A stretch of DNA of 64,000 bases, taken from NCBI GenBank assembly GCA_963775425.1, contig CAVZJB010000003.1, positions 160,001-224,000 of the forward strand, written 5' to 3'. Shown here piece by piece: positions 1-9,144 of the stretch. The translations under genes and the position numbers were made by a program. Under the pieces are notes generated by a model. The model saw nothing but the letters and a program-made list of their open reading frames with translations. It was not told the DNA's origin and made no database searches. The stretch is from an uncultured delta proteobacterium. GTDB lineage: Bacteria > Myxococcota > UBA727 > VGSZ01. Position 1 is the first letter of the stretch. Each line of letters begins with the position of its first letter.

Positions 1-725
1 AGGTCAGGTCGCTCGGCGAGCTCCCCGCGCGGCTCGGCCCGGCCCTCGACGCGTTGGTGCGCCCGCTCCTGCCCGCCGTCGCCGGTTCGCTGCCGGCGCA
101 GACGCCGGCGTCGCCCTTGACGGACGACCTGACCGGGTGGGTGCGCTCGGCCTACGACGCGGAGGCCTTCGACATCTGCGTCGGCAACGAGGATCCCGTG
201 ACGGGCGCCGCGGCGGCGCCGGGCTCGATGGCGGCGTCGGCGCAGGGGATGTGGTGGTTTTGCGACCACCACAAGCGCCCCTACACGGAGAACGCGTTCG
301 TGCGGAAGTACCGCACCGTCACCGGCGCCCACGACATCGACCGCGCCGAGGTCGACCGCGGCGGCGGCGGCGGCGACTACGGCGTCCCCATCGCCATGGG
401 GGTCGTGGGCGCGGCAGGCACCTTCCTGCTGAGCTTCACGCTCGTCTGCGGCCTCAGCGACTGCGGCTCCGTCGTCGGTGACGCGTTCTCTCCGGACGCC
501 GACCCGCCGCTCGGCTTCATCGGCGGGACCACCATCGGCGCCGCGGCCGCCATCGCCGGCCTCGCCATCGGCATGAGCTCGCTGCCCGGGGACGACCACG
601 ACGGGACGCCGAGCATGCACACGCTCACGGAGGCGGAGGCGCGGGCGGCCGCCGCGCGCTTCAACGGCGCCCTTCGCGACCGGGCCCCCGGCGAACGCGC
701 GGCGGGCGGGATGCGCGCGCTGTAG
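1..725 (+). CDS. Hypothetical membrane protein, 5'-truncated by the window edge
   Basis: Frame is open from base 3 to TAG at 723-725; two hydrophobic segments near the C-terminus; GC3-rich codons. Confidence 0.6.
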   Translation, partial: VRSLGELPARLGPALDALVRPLLPAVAGSLPAQTPASPLTDDLTGWVRSAYDAEAFDICVGNEDPVTGAAAAPGSMAASAQGMWWFCDHHKRPYTENAFVRKYRTVTGAHDIDRAEVDRGGGGGDYGVPIAMGVVGAAGTFLLSFTLVCGLSDCGSVVGDAFSPDADPPLGFIGGTTIGAAAAIAGLAIGMSSLPGDDHDGTPSMHTLTEAEARAAAARFNGALRDRAPGERAAGGMRAL

Positions 726-737
726 GCCCGGTCGCGC

Positions 738-1409
738 TCAGCGCCGCGCGGCGGCGAGGCGCTTCTTGACGGCGTTGAACAGGCCGGGGACGGCGGTGTT
801 GTTGGCCATGTTGGCGACGAACGACGGGATGGAGCCGCCCGGCGACGTGTACACGTAGTAGCTCGCCTTGGTCCGCTTGCCGTCGGCCTCGAGCCGCCAG
901 TGCCCCTCGAGGACCTGGAGGCGCACGACGCCGTCGACGGGCTTGGGGCCGAGGGCCTTTTCGAGCGAGAAGGTGTGCGTGACGACGGTCTTTCCGTCGT
1001 GCGTCCCGGTCTTGTGCGTGACGCGGATGGTGTAGTCGCGCTCCGAGGACAGCGGGGCCGCGATGCGCTCGTAGGTGACGACGGAGCCGTCCTTGTCCTT
1101 GAGGATCTCCCGCGACTCCTTGGTGTAGGGCATGAAGTCCTTGTAGTGCCCGAGGTCGTCGAGGACGGCGCGCACGGCGTCGAGCGGCGCGTCGAAGGAG
1201 CCGGTGGCGAGCACCTCCTTGATCTCGGAGCCGGGGCGCTCGCGGTTGTAGATGACGACGCCGTCGGTGCGCGTGGCCTCCACCCACCCCGCGTCGCCGG
1301 CGAGCGCGGCGCCCGCGCCCAGGAGCGCCACGACGACGGCGCCGCACCACCGTCTTCGCCTCGAGCGCGGCGCGCCGCCCCGGTGACCTCGTCCAAGCCG
1401 AGAGCTCAC
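738..1409 (-). CDS. START/SRPBCC-domain lipid-binding protein with signal peptide
   Basis: Signal-like N-terminus, then W...GVVIYNRERPGSEIKEV...ERDY...PGGSIPSFVAN pattern typical of START domains. Start uncertain. Confidence 0.75.
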   Translation of the reverse strand: MSSRLGRGHRGGAPRSRRRRWCGAVVVALLGAGAALAGDAGWVEATRTDGVVIYNRERPGSEIKEVLATGSFDAPLDAVRAVLDDLGHYKDFMPYTKESREILKDKDGSVVTYERIAAPLSSERDYTIRVTHKTGTHDGKTVVTHTFSLEKALGPKPVDGVVRLQVLEGHWRLEADGKRTKASYYVYTSPGGSIPSFVANMANNTAVPGLFNAVKKRLAAARR

Positions 1410-2077
1410 AGGTCCACCAGCCTCTCCTTCAGGCCGCGCGCGACGAATTTGCGGATGCCCGCGACGTCCTCAGTGTGCCACGCGCGCGCCAGGCGCCGCA
1501 CGATGAAGCGCTCGAACAGCGCGTCGAGCACGCGCTCGAGCTCCGCGAGGCACTGCATGCGCAGGGCGAGCACGTCCTCGAGGGGGAGCTTGGGCCGCCG
1601 CTTGGCTTTCCTCGGCGGGGCGAGCGGATCGACGACGGCGGCTTCGGCGTCCTCGGGCTCCGAGAACAGGTCCGGCAGCTTGACGCCGACGAGGCCGCCG
1701 TCGTCGCCGCGCAGCGTGAACGCGTAGACGCGCGACTGCACCGACATCTCGAGCGCGAGCACGTCGACGAGCGCCCCGCGCCGGATGGCCTGCAGGATCT
1801 CGCCGCTGTCATCGAGGCCGGGGCCGGTGAGGGCGACCTTCGCCCCGGTGGCGTCGACGGTCTTGAGCTGCACGCGCTTGCCCACGGCGAAGCGCACGAC
1901 GGCCTCCTCCTCGGACGTGTCCTTGTCGAACGCGGACGGCAAGGCGAGCTCGAAGCCCTCCTCGAGGAGCGTGAAGTACAGCCACGTGAGCATCTCGGGC
2001 CCGAGGAACATCTTGTCCGCGAGCTTGCGCACCGACGCCGGCGCCGGCGCGCTCTTGTCCTGGTCGTCGGCCCTCAC
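1406..2077 (-). CDS. RdgC-family protein, second gene of pair (C-terminal-half-like)
   Basis: FLGPEMLTWLYF resembles the FLGxEFLxWLWF motif of RdgC-related proteins; 4-nt overlap with the upstream gene. Confidence 0.65.
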   Translation of the reverse strand: MRADDQDKSAPAPASVRKLADKMFLGPEMLTWLYFTLLEEGFELALPSAFDKDTSEEEAVVRFAVGKRVQLKTVDATGAKVALTGPGLDDSGEILQAIRRGALVDVLALEMSVQSRVYAFTLRGDDGGLVGVKLPDLFSEPEDAEAAVVDPLAPPRKAKRRPKLPLEDVLALRMQCLAELERVLDALFERFIVRRLARAWHTEDVAGIRKFVARGLKERLVDL

Positions 2078-2754
2078 GCGGCCTCCTCGTCGCCGGCGCC
2101 GGGCTCGCTCGGGTCTTTGCGGATGGCGTCGGGGAAGAGCCAGCCGGGCGACAGGCGCTCGAGCACGGACTGCGCGCGGCTGCCGACGTCGACGGTGAAG
2201 GCGCGGGCGGCGTAGGTGCCGAGCTCCACGCGCACCTGGAACGTGCGCTCCACGAGAGACGCCACGCGCTCGGTGACGACGGTGCCGCGGCCGAACACGC
2301 GCATCTCCCGCGTGCTCGTGTCCCAGACGACGTCGACGAGCTTGCTGCGCGGGATGGTTTGCTTTTTCAGCTCCAACAACACGGCCTGCTCGACGGCCTT
2401 CACGAAGGCCCGGCCGATGTCGCCGGGGTCCTTCTTCTCGTCGCGCACGATCTTGTCGATGCGCTTCTTGGTCTCGCGCTGCAGGAGCGGGCGCGGGATG
2501 CGATAGGCGTCCTCGCGGTACGTGACCGCCACGATGTCGCCGAAGAGGAACACGTCGCGCGTGATGGGCATCTCGTCGTCGAACGGCGCCTCCGCCGGCA
2601 CCCAGCCCGCGGACTCGTTGACGTCGCCGCCGGGTGAAAGCGGCATGAAGCGCCGCGCCTCGAGCGCCTTTTCGTATGTAGAACCCGGGTTCTTGGCGGG
2701 CTCGCCCTCGACGAGGAACCGCAGGTACGACAGGGAGCCGCGCAACGCACCCAC
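2074..2754 (-). CDS. rdgC: Recombination-associated protein RdgC family (N-terminal-half-like)
   Basis: MGALRGSLSYLRFLVEG, ESAGWV, YRED..RIP and VDVVWD motifs. Confidence 0.7.
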   Translation of the reverse strand: MGALRGSLSYLRFLVEGEPAKNPGSTYEKALEARRFMPLSPGGDVNESAGWVPAEAPFDDEMPITRDVFLFGDIVAVTYREDAYRIPRPLLQRETKKRIDKIVRDEKKDPGDIGRAFVKAVEQAVLLELKKQTIPRSKLVDVVWDTSTREMRVFGRGTVVTERVASLVERTFQVRVELGTYAARAFTVDVGSRAQSVLERLSPGWLFPDAIRKDPSEPGAGDEEAA

Positions 2755-2755
2755 G

Positions 2756-3289
2756 TCAGCTCCCCGTCCGGCCCACCCAAGGGGGCAGGGCGCGCTTGGC
2801 GTCGCTGATGGGCAGGATCCCCTGCCGGGACCTCTCGACGAGGGTCCGCTGCTCCTCGTAGACCACCGCGAGCTTGGCGATGGGGATGCGCTCGGGGCAG
2901 GCGGCGTCGCACTTGCGGCAGCGGCCGCAGACGGGGCCGTTGAGGGTGGCGAGCGTGAGGCGCACGTCCTCGAGCTGCGGGGCCTGTCGCGTCCCGGAGA
3001 GCACGAACGTCATGGGCCCGAGGAACTGCGGGTCCTCCCCCTTCACCTCGCCGTGCAGGATGGGGCACACCTCGTCGCAGGCGCCGCAGGCGGTGCAGCG
3101 CCCGGGCTCATGGGCGAGCAAACGAAAGGCCGGCGTCGACGGCGGCAGGCCCTCGGGGACGTAGTTCTCCTGGAAGCGCTGAAAGCCGTAGCGGGGCGCC
3201 CACGGCCACGCCTTGCGCAGCCAGTGGCGCACGAGCTTCCACCCGAGGTTCACCTGCGCATGCCACCAGCGGAGATCGAACGAGGCCAC
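2756..3289 (-). CDS. 4Fe-4S dicluster domain protein
   Basis: CTACGACDEVCP and CGRCRKCDAACP motifs; GTG start at 3289 chosen from TACACG box 6 nt upstream. Confidence 0.8.
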   Translation of the reverse strand: MASFDLRWWHAQVNLGWKLVRHWLRKAWPWAPRYGFQRFQENYVPEGLPPSTPAFRLLAHEPGRCTACGACDEVCPILHGEVKGEDPQFLGPMTFVLSGTRQAPQLEDVRLTLATLNGPVCGRCRKCDAACPERIPIAKLAVVYEEQRTLVERSRQGILPISDAKRALPPWVGRTGS

Positions 3290-3374
3290 GGGCCCCGTGT
3301 ATTCGAGCGCCCGCACCGATGCCAGAGGCGCCGGGCCCCGAGCGACGATGTTGCGCGCGGCGCGCCGGCCGAGT

Positions 3375-3390
3375 GCGACACGAATGTCGC
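3375..3390. promoter_or_regulatory. Perfect inverted repeat, candidate enhancer-binding-protein site
   Basis: GCGACA-cgaa-TGTCGC about 40 bp upstream of a sigma54-type promoter. Confidence 0.45.
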
Positions 3391-3431
3391 GTTTTCTCCC
3401 TCGCGCCCCCCGCGGGGCCCATGGCAGCGCG

Positions 3432-3447
3432 TGGCGCGCGCGTTGCT
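3432..3447 (+). promoter_or_regulatory. Sigma54 (-24/-12) promoter
   Basis: TGGCGCG-cgcg-TTGCT versus consensus TGGCACG-N4-TTGCW, one mismatch, correct spacing. Confidence 0.65.
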
Positions 3448-3583
3448 CACCGAAGGATGATCGGCGCGGCTCACGCCGGAACGTTGCGTAGCAGTGCCGG
3501 TTCATGACAGTGTCCCGGCGCCTCTGAAACCGTCCCCGCAAGGGACGCTCGGTCCCCGGACGGGGAGATTCCAGGAGAGACCC

Positions 3584-4228
3584 ATGAAGAAGATTCACGT
3601 GTTTTTGATTACCGCCGGCCTCGCGGCCGCCATCCTTCCCTTGATGGCTGCCGACTGCAGCGGCCTCGGCTGCACCAGCGACGCTGACTGCCCCGCCGGC
3701 GACACCTGCGACCTCAGCTCGGGCACCGGCCTGTGCGTCGGCGGCGAGGGCGAAGGCGAAGGCGAAGGCGAAGGCGAGGGCGAGGGCGAGGGCGACGCCT
3801 GCCAGGCCATCGGCGACTTCACCGACGGCGCCGCGGACTTCACCACCAACAATGACGCGCTCATCGAGGTCGACGCCGACAACATCGCCGACTGCGCCAA
3901 CACGGTCGGCGGCGGCACCACGCCGTTCGACGCCCAGGTCACCATCAGCGGCAACTACTCCTTCTCCGACGACTGCGGCGACGGAAACAACGCCTGCCCC
4001 ACCGGCAGCCAGGTGAACTGGGACGAGCTCGGCAACGCCAACACCCCGGCGTCCTGCGCGTCGTTCCCCATCGCGTTCAACGACGCGGGCGACGACTGCA
4101 CCCCGCCGGAGAACTGCACCATCCTGTGCCCGCTCTGCTTCGTCACCGCGCCCACCGACATGGCGATCCAGGTGAGCGACGACACCGGCGACAGCAACGC
4201 CGTCTGCGTCGACACGAGCGGCATCTGA
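3584..4228 (+). CDS. Secreted/lipoprotein, Cys- and Asp-rich, with (GE)8 linker
   Basis: AGGAG RBS at 3573-3577; signal peptide MKKIHVFLITAGLAAAILPLMAADC; CTSDADCPAGDTC repeat; GEGEGE linker. Confidence 0.85.
   Translation: MKKIHVFLITAGLAAAILPLMAADCSGLGCTSDADCPAGDTCDLSSGTGLCVGGEGEGEGEGEGEGEGEGDACQAIGDFTDGAADFTTNNDALIEVDADNIADCANTVGGGTTPFDAQVTISGNYSFSDDCGDGNNACPTGSQVNWDELGNANTPASCASFPIAFNDAGDDCTPPENCTILCPLCFVTAPTDMAIQVSDDTGDSNAVCVDTSGI
3743..3796 (+). repeat. Hexamer tandem repeat GGCGAR encoding (GE)8-GD
   Basis: Eight GGCGA(A/G) units followed by GGCGAC. Confidence 0.9.
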
Positions 4229-4258
4229 GCGCTCGCGCGAGCTGAATGGACCTGAATG

Positions 4259-4290
4259 GAAAGGGCCCGCCTCGGCGGGCCCTTTCTTTT
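4259..4290 (+). terminator. Rho-independent terminator
   Basis: GAAAGGGCCCGCC-tc-GGCGGGCCCTTTC followed by TTTT; lies between convergent genes. Confidence 0.85.
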
Positions 4291-4297
4291 GCGCGCG

Positions 4298-5800
4298 CTA
4301 CGAGATGGTGCGCTCGTTGAAGCCGCGGCCGTCGAACGTGATCATCACGTGCCGCTGGTCCTGCATGGTCATCAGGTGCACCGGGCGGGTCCAGATGGCG
4401 TGGATGTTCTTCAGCGTCTCCTGGCCGTAGGTGGTGTCCAGGTCCACGCCCTCATGGATGTGCTCGATGCAGAGCTCGGCGCGGTTTTCGAAGTTGCCGT
4501 CGACGACGCGGATGACGGGGTGGCCGAAGTTGGTCAGCGACTGCAGGATCTTCTGCTTGACGATGGCGAACTCGCGCGAGTCGATGACGAACTGCTTCTT
4601 CTTGCGGTCGTACTCGTAGCTGAAGAAGCCGTGCTCGCGGCAGAAGTCGATGGTGAAGAACTCGTCGATGAAGGTGACGTCCGAGTAGATCTGCCGGACC
4701 TGGAAGATCTTCTCGCGGCCGAGCCCGAGCTGCTTGTCCCAGCGGCGTCGCTCCGCCATGTCGTCGCACTCGAGCCACTCCTTGCCGAAGCGGCCCTTGT
4801 TCCAGCGGTCCTCGATGTCGCGATACAGCTCGAGGCCCAGCTTGTACGGGTTCAGCGACGTGGGGCTGGTGGCCGTCACGCCCGAGTGCTTGTCGGCGAA
4901 GTCCACGACCTCCGAGGAGTCCATGGCCTTCTCGGTCATGAGCTTGGCGTGCCAGTACGAGGCCCACCCCTCGTTCATGATCTTGGTCATGCCCTGGGGC
5001 GCGAAGTAGTAGGCCTCCTCGCGCAGCATATCGAGCACGTCCACCTGCCAGCGGTCGAGCGGCGCGTGGTTCATCAAGAAGCCCATGACGTCGCGCTCGG
5101 GCTCCACGGGGAATTTCTTGGCGCGCTTGGCCTCTTCCTCGAGCTTCTTCTTCTGCGCGGCGACGAAGTCCTTCGGGTTGATGTAGCGCTCCATGTACTC
5201 CTTGTTGGTGGGAAGGAGACCGAGCTGCTTTCTGTCCGGGGGCTGCGCGTCGTTGTGCTCGCCGCCCTCGGGCTCTTTGCGCTTGCGCTTGATGTAGGGC
5301 GCGTTGAAGTCGATGAGGTTGTCGATGCTGAGGCACTTGTCGACGAAGGCCTCGACGTCCTCGACGCCGTACCAATCGATGTAGCGACGGATGCGCGTGG
5401 CGTGGTTCGCCATCTCGTCGATCATCTTCCGGTTGGTGTGCTGGAACGCGAAGTTGTTCTTGAAGAAGTCGTTGTGCCCGGCGACGTGGCACATGACCAT
5501 CTTCTGGTCCGTGGTGGAGTTGGACTCGAGCAGGTACGCGTAGCAGGGGTCATTGTTGATGACCATCTCGTAGATCTTATGCAGGCCGTACTCGTACGAC
5601 TTGCTCATGCGCTCGTACTCCATGCCCCACTTCCAGTGCGGGTAGCGCACGGGGAAGCCCATGTACGAGGCCACCATGTTGATCTCGTCGTAGTCGAGCA
5701 TCTCGTAATAGATGTCGAACATGTCGAGGCCGTAGGAGCGCGCGTATTCGTCGACGCGCACCTGGATCTCGGCCAATTCGGGCGGGAGCTTTCTCGGCAT
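4298..5800 (-). CDS. spoVR: SpoVR/YcgB family protein
   Basis: GFPVRYPHWKWG, KIYEMVINNDPCYAYL, HVAGHNDFFKNN, TKIMNEGWASYWH; ATG at 5800 with AGGTG RBS. Confidence 0.93.
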   Translation of the reverse strand: MPRKLPPELAEIQVRVDEYARSYGLDMFDIYYEMLDYDEINMVASYMGFPVRYPHWKWGMEYERMSKSYEYGLHKIYEMVINNDPCYAYLLESNSTTDQKMVMCHVAGHNDFFKNNFAFQHTNRKMIDEMANHATRIRRYIDWYGVEDVEAFVDKCLSIDNLIDFNAPYIKRKRKEPEGGEHNDAQPPDRKQLGLLPTNKEYMERYINPKDFVAAQKKKLEEEAKRAKKFPVEPERDVMGFLMNHAPLDRWQVDVLDMLREEAYYFAPQGMTKIMNEGWASYWHAKLMTEKAMDSSEVVDFADKHSGVTATSPTSLNPYKLGLELYRDIEDRWNKGRFGKEWLECDDMAERRRWDKQLGLGREKIFQVRQIYSDVTFIDEFFTIDFCREHGFFSYEYDRKKKQFVIDSREFAIVKQKILQSLTNFGHPVIRVVDGNFENRAELCIEHIHEGVDLDTTYGQETLKNIHAIWTRPVHLMTMQDQRHVMITFDGRGFNERTIS

Positions 5801-5849
5801 GAAGACACCTATCGTCGTCGACGAGGATGGCCCAGGGGCTTCGTCGTGG

Positions 5850-6257
5850 TCAAACCCGCCGCCCCCCGTCGCCGGCGCGGGCGCGGGCGCGGGCGGATGC
5901 CCATGCGTCGTCGAGCCCGCGCTCTCCCACCAAGCGAGCGACCTCCGCGAGGTCGACGTCGCCGGCGGAGACACGGAGCACGCCGGCGATGTCGTCGCGG
6001 TGCTTCCGGGAGCCACCCTCGCGGAAGTACTCGAGCTTCCGCACGATGACATACTCGGGCGGCGGCACGACGAGCTCGCCGTCGGCGACGGGGATCCGGC
6101 GGCGCCGCGGGAAGGCCCAAGCGTGCAATGGGTCGCGGCCGGCGATGTACACGTCGGCCTTGAAGCTCGTGTCCGACCAGGTCAACGTCGTGCATCAGTC
6201 GCGGCTCGCCGTAGACGATGCCCGCGGCGGCGAGCGAACATCGAGCTGCGTCGGCAT
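5850..6257 (-). pseudogene. Decayed minimal nucleotidyltransferase-family gene
   Basis: VYGEPRLMHDVDLV in one frame and SFKADVY...PPEYVIVRKLEYFREGGSRKHRDDIAGVL in another; frameshift and apparent internal deletion near 6175-6185. Confidence 0.65.
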
Positions 6258-6266
6258 GCCGTCGGC

Positions 6267-6275
6267 ATTGTATCA
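6267..6275 (-). promoter_or_regulatory. Extended -10 promoter element
   Basis: TG-a-TACAAT on the minus strand upstream of the pseudogene and spoVR. Confidence 0.5.
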
Positions 6276-6328
6276 ACGCGGCACGGGCGCGGGCTCGCTC
6301 ACCCGCGACGCGAGCGCCGTGGCGCGGG

Positions 6329-7438
6329 TCAGCGGCCGGCGCTCAGGAAGTCCTTGATGCTGCCGTAGATGCCGTCCTTGTCCTTGACCTCGGAGAGCAC
6401 CACCTTCTCGTCGCGGCCGAGGTTCTCGCCGAGGTCCTTGATGAATTGGCCGGAGCCGTAGGGCGACTCCACCTGCCCGTAGGAGAACTGGTTGGCCGAC
6501 GGCAGGAGGCGGTCGCGCAGCAGCGAGATGCACAGGCGCGTGTCGTCGATGGACCAGTTGTCGCCGTCGGAGAAGTGAAACGGGTAGATGTTCCAGTCTT
6601 CCACCGGATAGTCGGCGTCGACGATGTCGGCGCACAACCTGTACGCCGACGAGATCATCGTGCCGCCGGACTCGCGCGTGTGGAAGAAGGTGTCGCGGTC
6701 GACCTCCTTGGCCACGGCGTCGTGGATGATGTAGCGGCTCTCGAGCCCGTCGTAGTTCCGCCGCAGCCAGGCGTCGAGCCAGAAGCTCTCGATGCGCACG
6801 ATTTCTTTTTGCTCTTCGCCCATGGAACCGGAGACATCCATCATATAGATGATCACCGCGTTGGCCTGCGGCTTGGTCTCCACGCGCCACGTGCGATAGC
6901 GGCGGTCGTCGCGGATGGGGATGATGGCGGGGTTCTTCGGGTCGTAGCTCCCCATGGCGATCTGGCGGCGCAGCGCCTGCTTGTACGTGCGCTTGAAGTG
7001 CCGGAGCGACTCGGGGCCGACGGTGTTGACGCCGGTGTACTTGATGCGGTTGGTGATGAGCTTGGAGCCCTTGGGCTCGATGCGCGGCAGCTCCAGCTCC
7101 TCGCCGAGCATGTCGGCGAGCTCGTCCATGGTGATGTCGACCTCGAGCGCGTGGTCGCCGGCGTCCTGGCCGGCCTGGCCGGGCTGGCCCTGGCCCTCCT
7201 GCGGCTGCCCCGGCAGCGGATCGCCGGGCTCCCCGTCGCCCTGGCCGACGCCGCCCTGCTGTTTGTCGCCGTAGCGGAAGTGGGGCAGGTCGATGCGCGG
7301 GACGGGGATGGTGATCTTGTCCTTCCCCTGCTTCCCGATGAGCTCGCCCTTCTTGATGTAGTGCTTCAGGTTCTGCTTGATCTTGCCGCGGACGATGTCC
7401 TTGAAGCGGGCGTGATCGTTCTGGATGCGCAGCGACAC
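6329..7438 (-). CDS. yeaH: DUF444/YeaH/YhbH family vWA-like protein
   Basis: [48 protein letters not shown]. Confidence 0.92.
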   Translation of the reverse strand: MSLRIQNDHARFKDIVRGKIKQNLKHYIKKGELIGKQGKDKITIPVPRIDLPHFRYGDKQQGGVGQGDGEPGDPLPGQPQEGQGQPGQAGQDAGDHALEVDITMDELADMLGEELELPRIEPKGSKLITNRIKYTGVNTVGPESLRHFKRTYKQALRRQIAMGSYDPKNPAIIPIRDDRRYRTWRVETKPQANAVIIYMMDVSGSMGEEQKEIVRIESFWLDAWLRRNYDGLESRYIIHDAVAKEVDRDTFFHTRESGGTMISSAYRLCADIVDADYPVEDWNIYPFHFSDGDNWSIDDTRLCISLLRDRLLPSANQFSYGQVESPYGSGQFIKDLGENLGRDEKVVLSEVKDKDGIYGSIKDFLSAGR

Positions 7439-7514
7439 GAAGAGACCTCGTCCTCGTTGTGTAGCATGTCCGGCTCATCGACGCGCGGGGCGCGGCCCGC
7501 GACCTCTCCGACGG

Positions 7515-9029
7515 TCACAAGCCGTACAGCGGGCGGAACTTCTCGTCGACGTAGCGAAGGAACGCCGTCGCGTCCGGCGGGCGCCCGGTGGCGTCCTCGA
7601 CGAGCTTGGCGCCGCGCACGCTCGCGCCGCGGCGGTGGACGTTGTCCCGCAGCCACGACAACAGCGGCGCCGTCTCCCCGCGGCCGACCATGTCGTCGAG
7701 GCCGGGCAGCGCCTTCCTCGCGGCTTCCATGAGCTGGGCCGCGTACATGTTGCCGAGCGCGTAGGTGGGGAAGTAGCCGAACGCGCCGGCGGACCAGTGG
7801 ACGTCCTGCAGGCAGCCCTCGGCGTCGTTCTTCACGTCGATGCCGAGCGTGCTCCGGGCCTCGGCGTTCCACGCGGTGGGGACGTCTTTGACCTCGAGCG
7901 AGCCGTCGATGAGCTTTCGCTCGATGCGCATGCGCATGACGATGTGCAGGTTGTAGGTGACCTCGTCGGCCTCGACGCGGATGGGGCTCGGCTCCACGCG
8001 GTTGATGCCGCGGTAGAAGGCGTCGGCGTCGACGTCGCCGAGCGCCTCGGGGAACAGCGCGCGCACGAAGGCGTACGCGTGGCGCCACCAGGCGCGGCTG
8101 CGCCCGACGAGGTTCTCCCACAGCCGTGACTGGCTCTCGTGTACGCCGATGGAGCGCGCCTCGCCGGCGGGCGTGCCGTCGTGCGCGGGGTCGAGGCCCT
8201 GCTCGTACAGGCCGTGGCCGCTCTCGTGCATGACGCCGAAGTAGGCGCCCACGAAGTCGGCCTCGTCGTAGCGGGTGGTGATGCGCTGGTCGCCGGGGCC
8301 GACGCGCTGGCTGAACGGGTGCGCGCTGACGTCGAGGCGCGTGCCCTTGGGGTCGAGGCCGAGGGCGTTGGGGATGGTCGCGCACAGGACGCGCTGCTGC
8401 TCGACGGGGAAGCGCCGCCCCTCCCAGGGCAGCGGCGGGTTCCCCTTCTCCGCGATCGCCTTGACGATGGGGACGAGGCCGTGCGCGAGCGCGTCGAGCT
8501 GGCGCTCGGCCTCGGCGGTGGTCATGCCGGGCTCGAACTCGTCGAGGAGGGCGTCGTACAGCGCGGCCTCGCCGGGAGCCTTGGCGAGGGAGCGGGCCTC
8601 GTCGCGCTTGAGCGAGACCATCTTTTCCAGGTGGGGGCGGAACGCGGCGAAGCTCGACTTCTTGCGCGCGTCGGCCCACGCGTGCTGCGCGATGGGGATG
8701 GTGTGCGCGAGCTCCTCGACGAGCTTGCGCGGCACCCGTACGGCGCGGTCGTAGACGCGGCGGATCTCGGAGACGTTGCCGCGCTCCATGACGCCTGCGT
8801 CCTTCAGCCACGCGGAGGCCTCGACGCGCGCGAGCAGGTCGGCGAGCTCCTTGCTCGTGGCGCGCTCGTGGGCCAGCCCGGCGAGGAGCGCCATCTGCCG
8901 GGCGCGGTGCTCGGCGCCGGCGGGCGGCATCATCGTCTCCTGGTCCCACGACAACAGCCACGACACCGACTGGAGAAGCGCGATGTCCTTGGTCCGGGCG
9001 ATGAGGGCGGCGTAGTCGTTCTGGCTCAT
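7515..9029 (-). CDS. M32 family carboxypeptidase (carboxypeptidase Taq)
   Basis: HPF, HESGH, HESQSRLWEN, IRVEADEVTYNLH, GCLQDVHWS, GYFPTYALG. Confidence 0.93.
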   Translation of the reverse strand: MSQNDYAALIARTKDIALLQSVSWLLSWDQETMMPPAGAEHRARQMALLAGLAHERATSKELADLLARVEASAWLKDAGVMERGNVSEIRRVYDRAVRVPRKLVEELAHTIPIAQHAWADARKKSSFAAFRPHLEKMVSLKRDEARSLAKAPGEAALYDALLDEFEPGMTTAEAERQLDALAHGLVPIVKAIAEKGNPPLPWEGRRFPVEQQRVLCATIPNALGLDPKGTRLDVSAHPFSQRVGPGDQRITTRYDEADFVGAYFGVMHESGHGLYEQGLDPAHDGTPAGEARSIGVHESQSRLWENLVGRSRAWWRHAYAFVRALFPEALGDVDADAFYRGINRVEPSPIRVEADEVTYNLHIVMRMRIERKLIDGSLEVKDVPTAWNAEARSTLGIDVKNDAEGCLQDVHWSAGAFGYFPTYALGNMYAAQLMEAARKALPGLDDMVGRGETAPLLSWLRDNVHRRGASVRGAKLVEDATGRPPDATAFLRYVDEKFRPLYGL

Positions 9030-9144
9030 GGCGGGAGGGTCTACACCAGCGCGCCGGCCTCGGGGACGCCGCTGTGCCCGGCGCGCGCGTCCGTTCGTCA
9101 GGCGGCGTCATGCCGCGCGCGGCCCGGAGAGCGGCGCGCTGCGT

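Noticed and set aside
3448-3583. Glycine or c-di-GMP riboswitch
   Set aside because: Only short fragments (CACCGAAGG, GAAAC..GGGACG) resemble them; the remaining conserved elements are missing.
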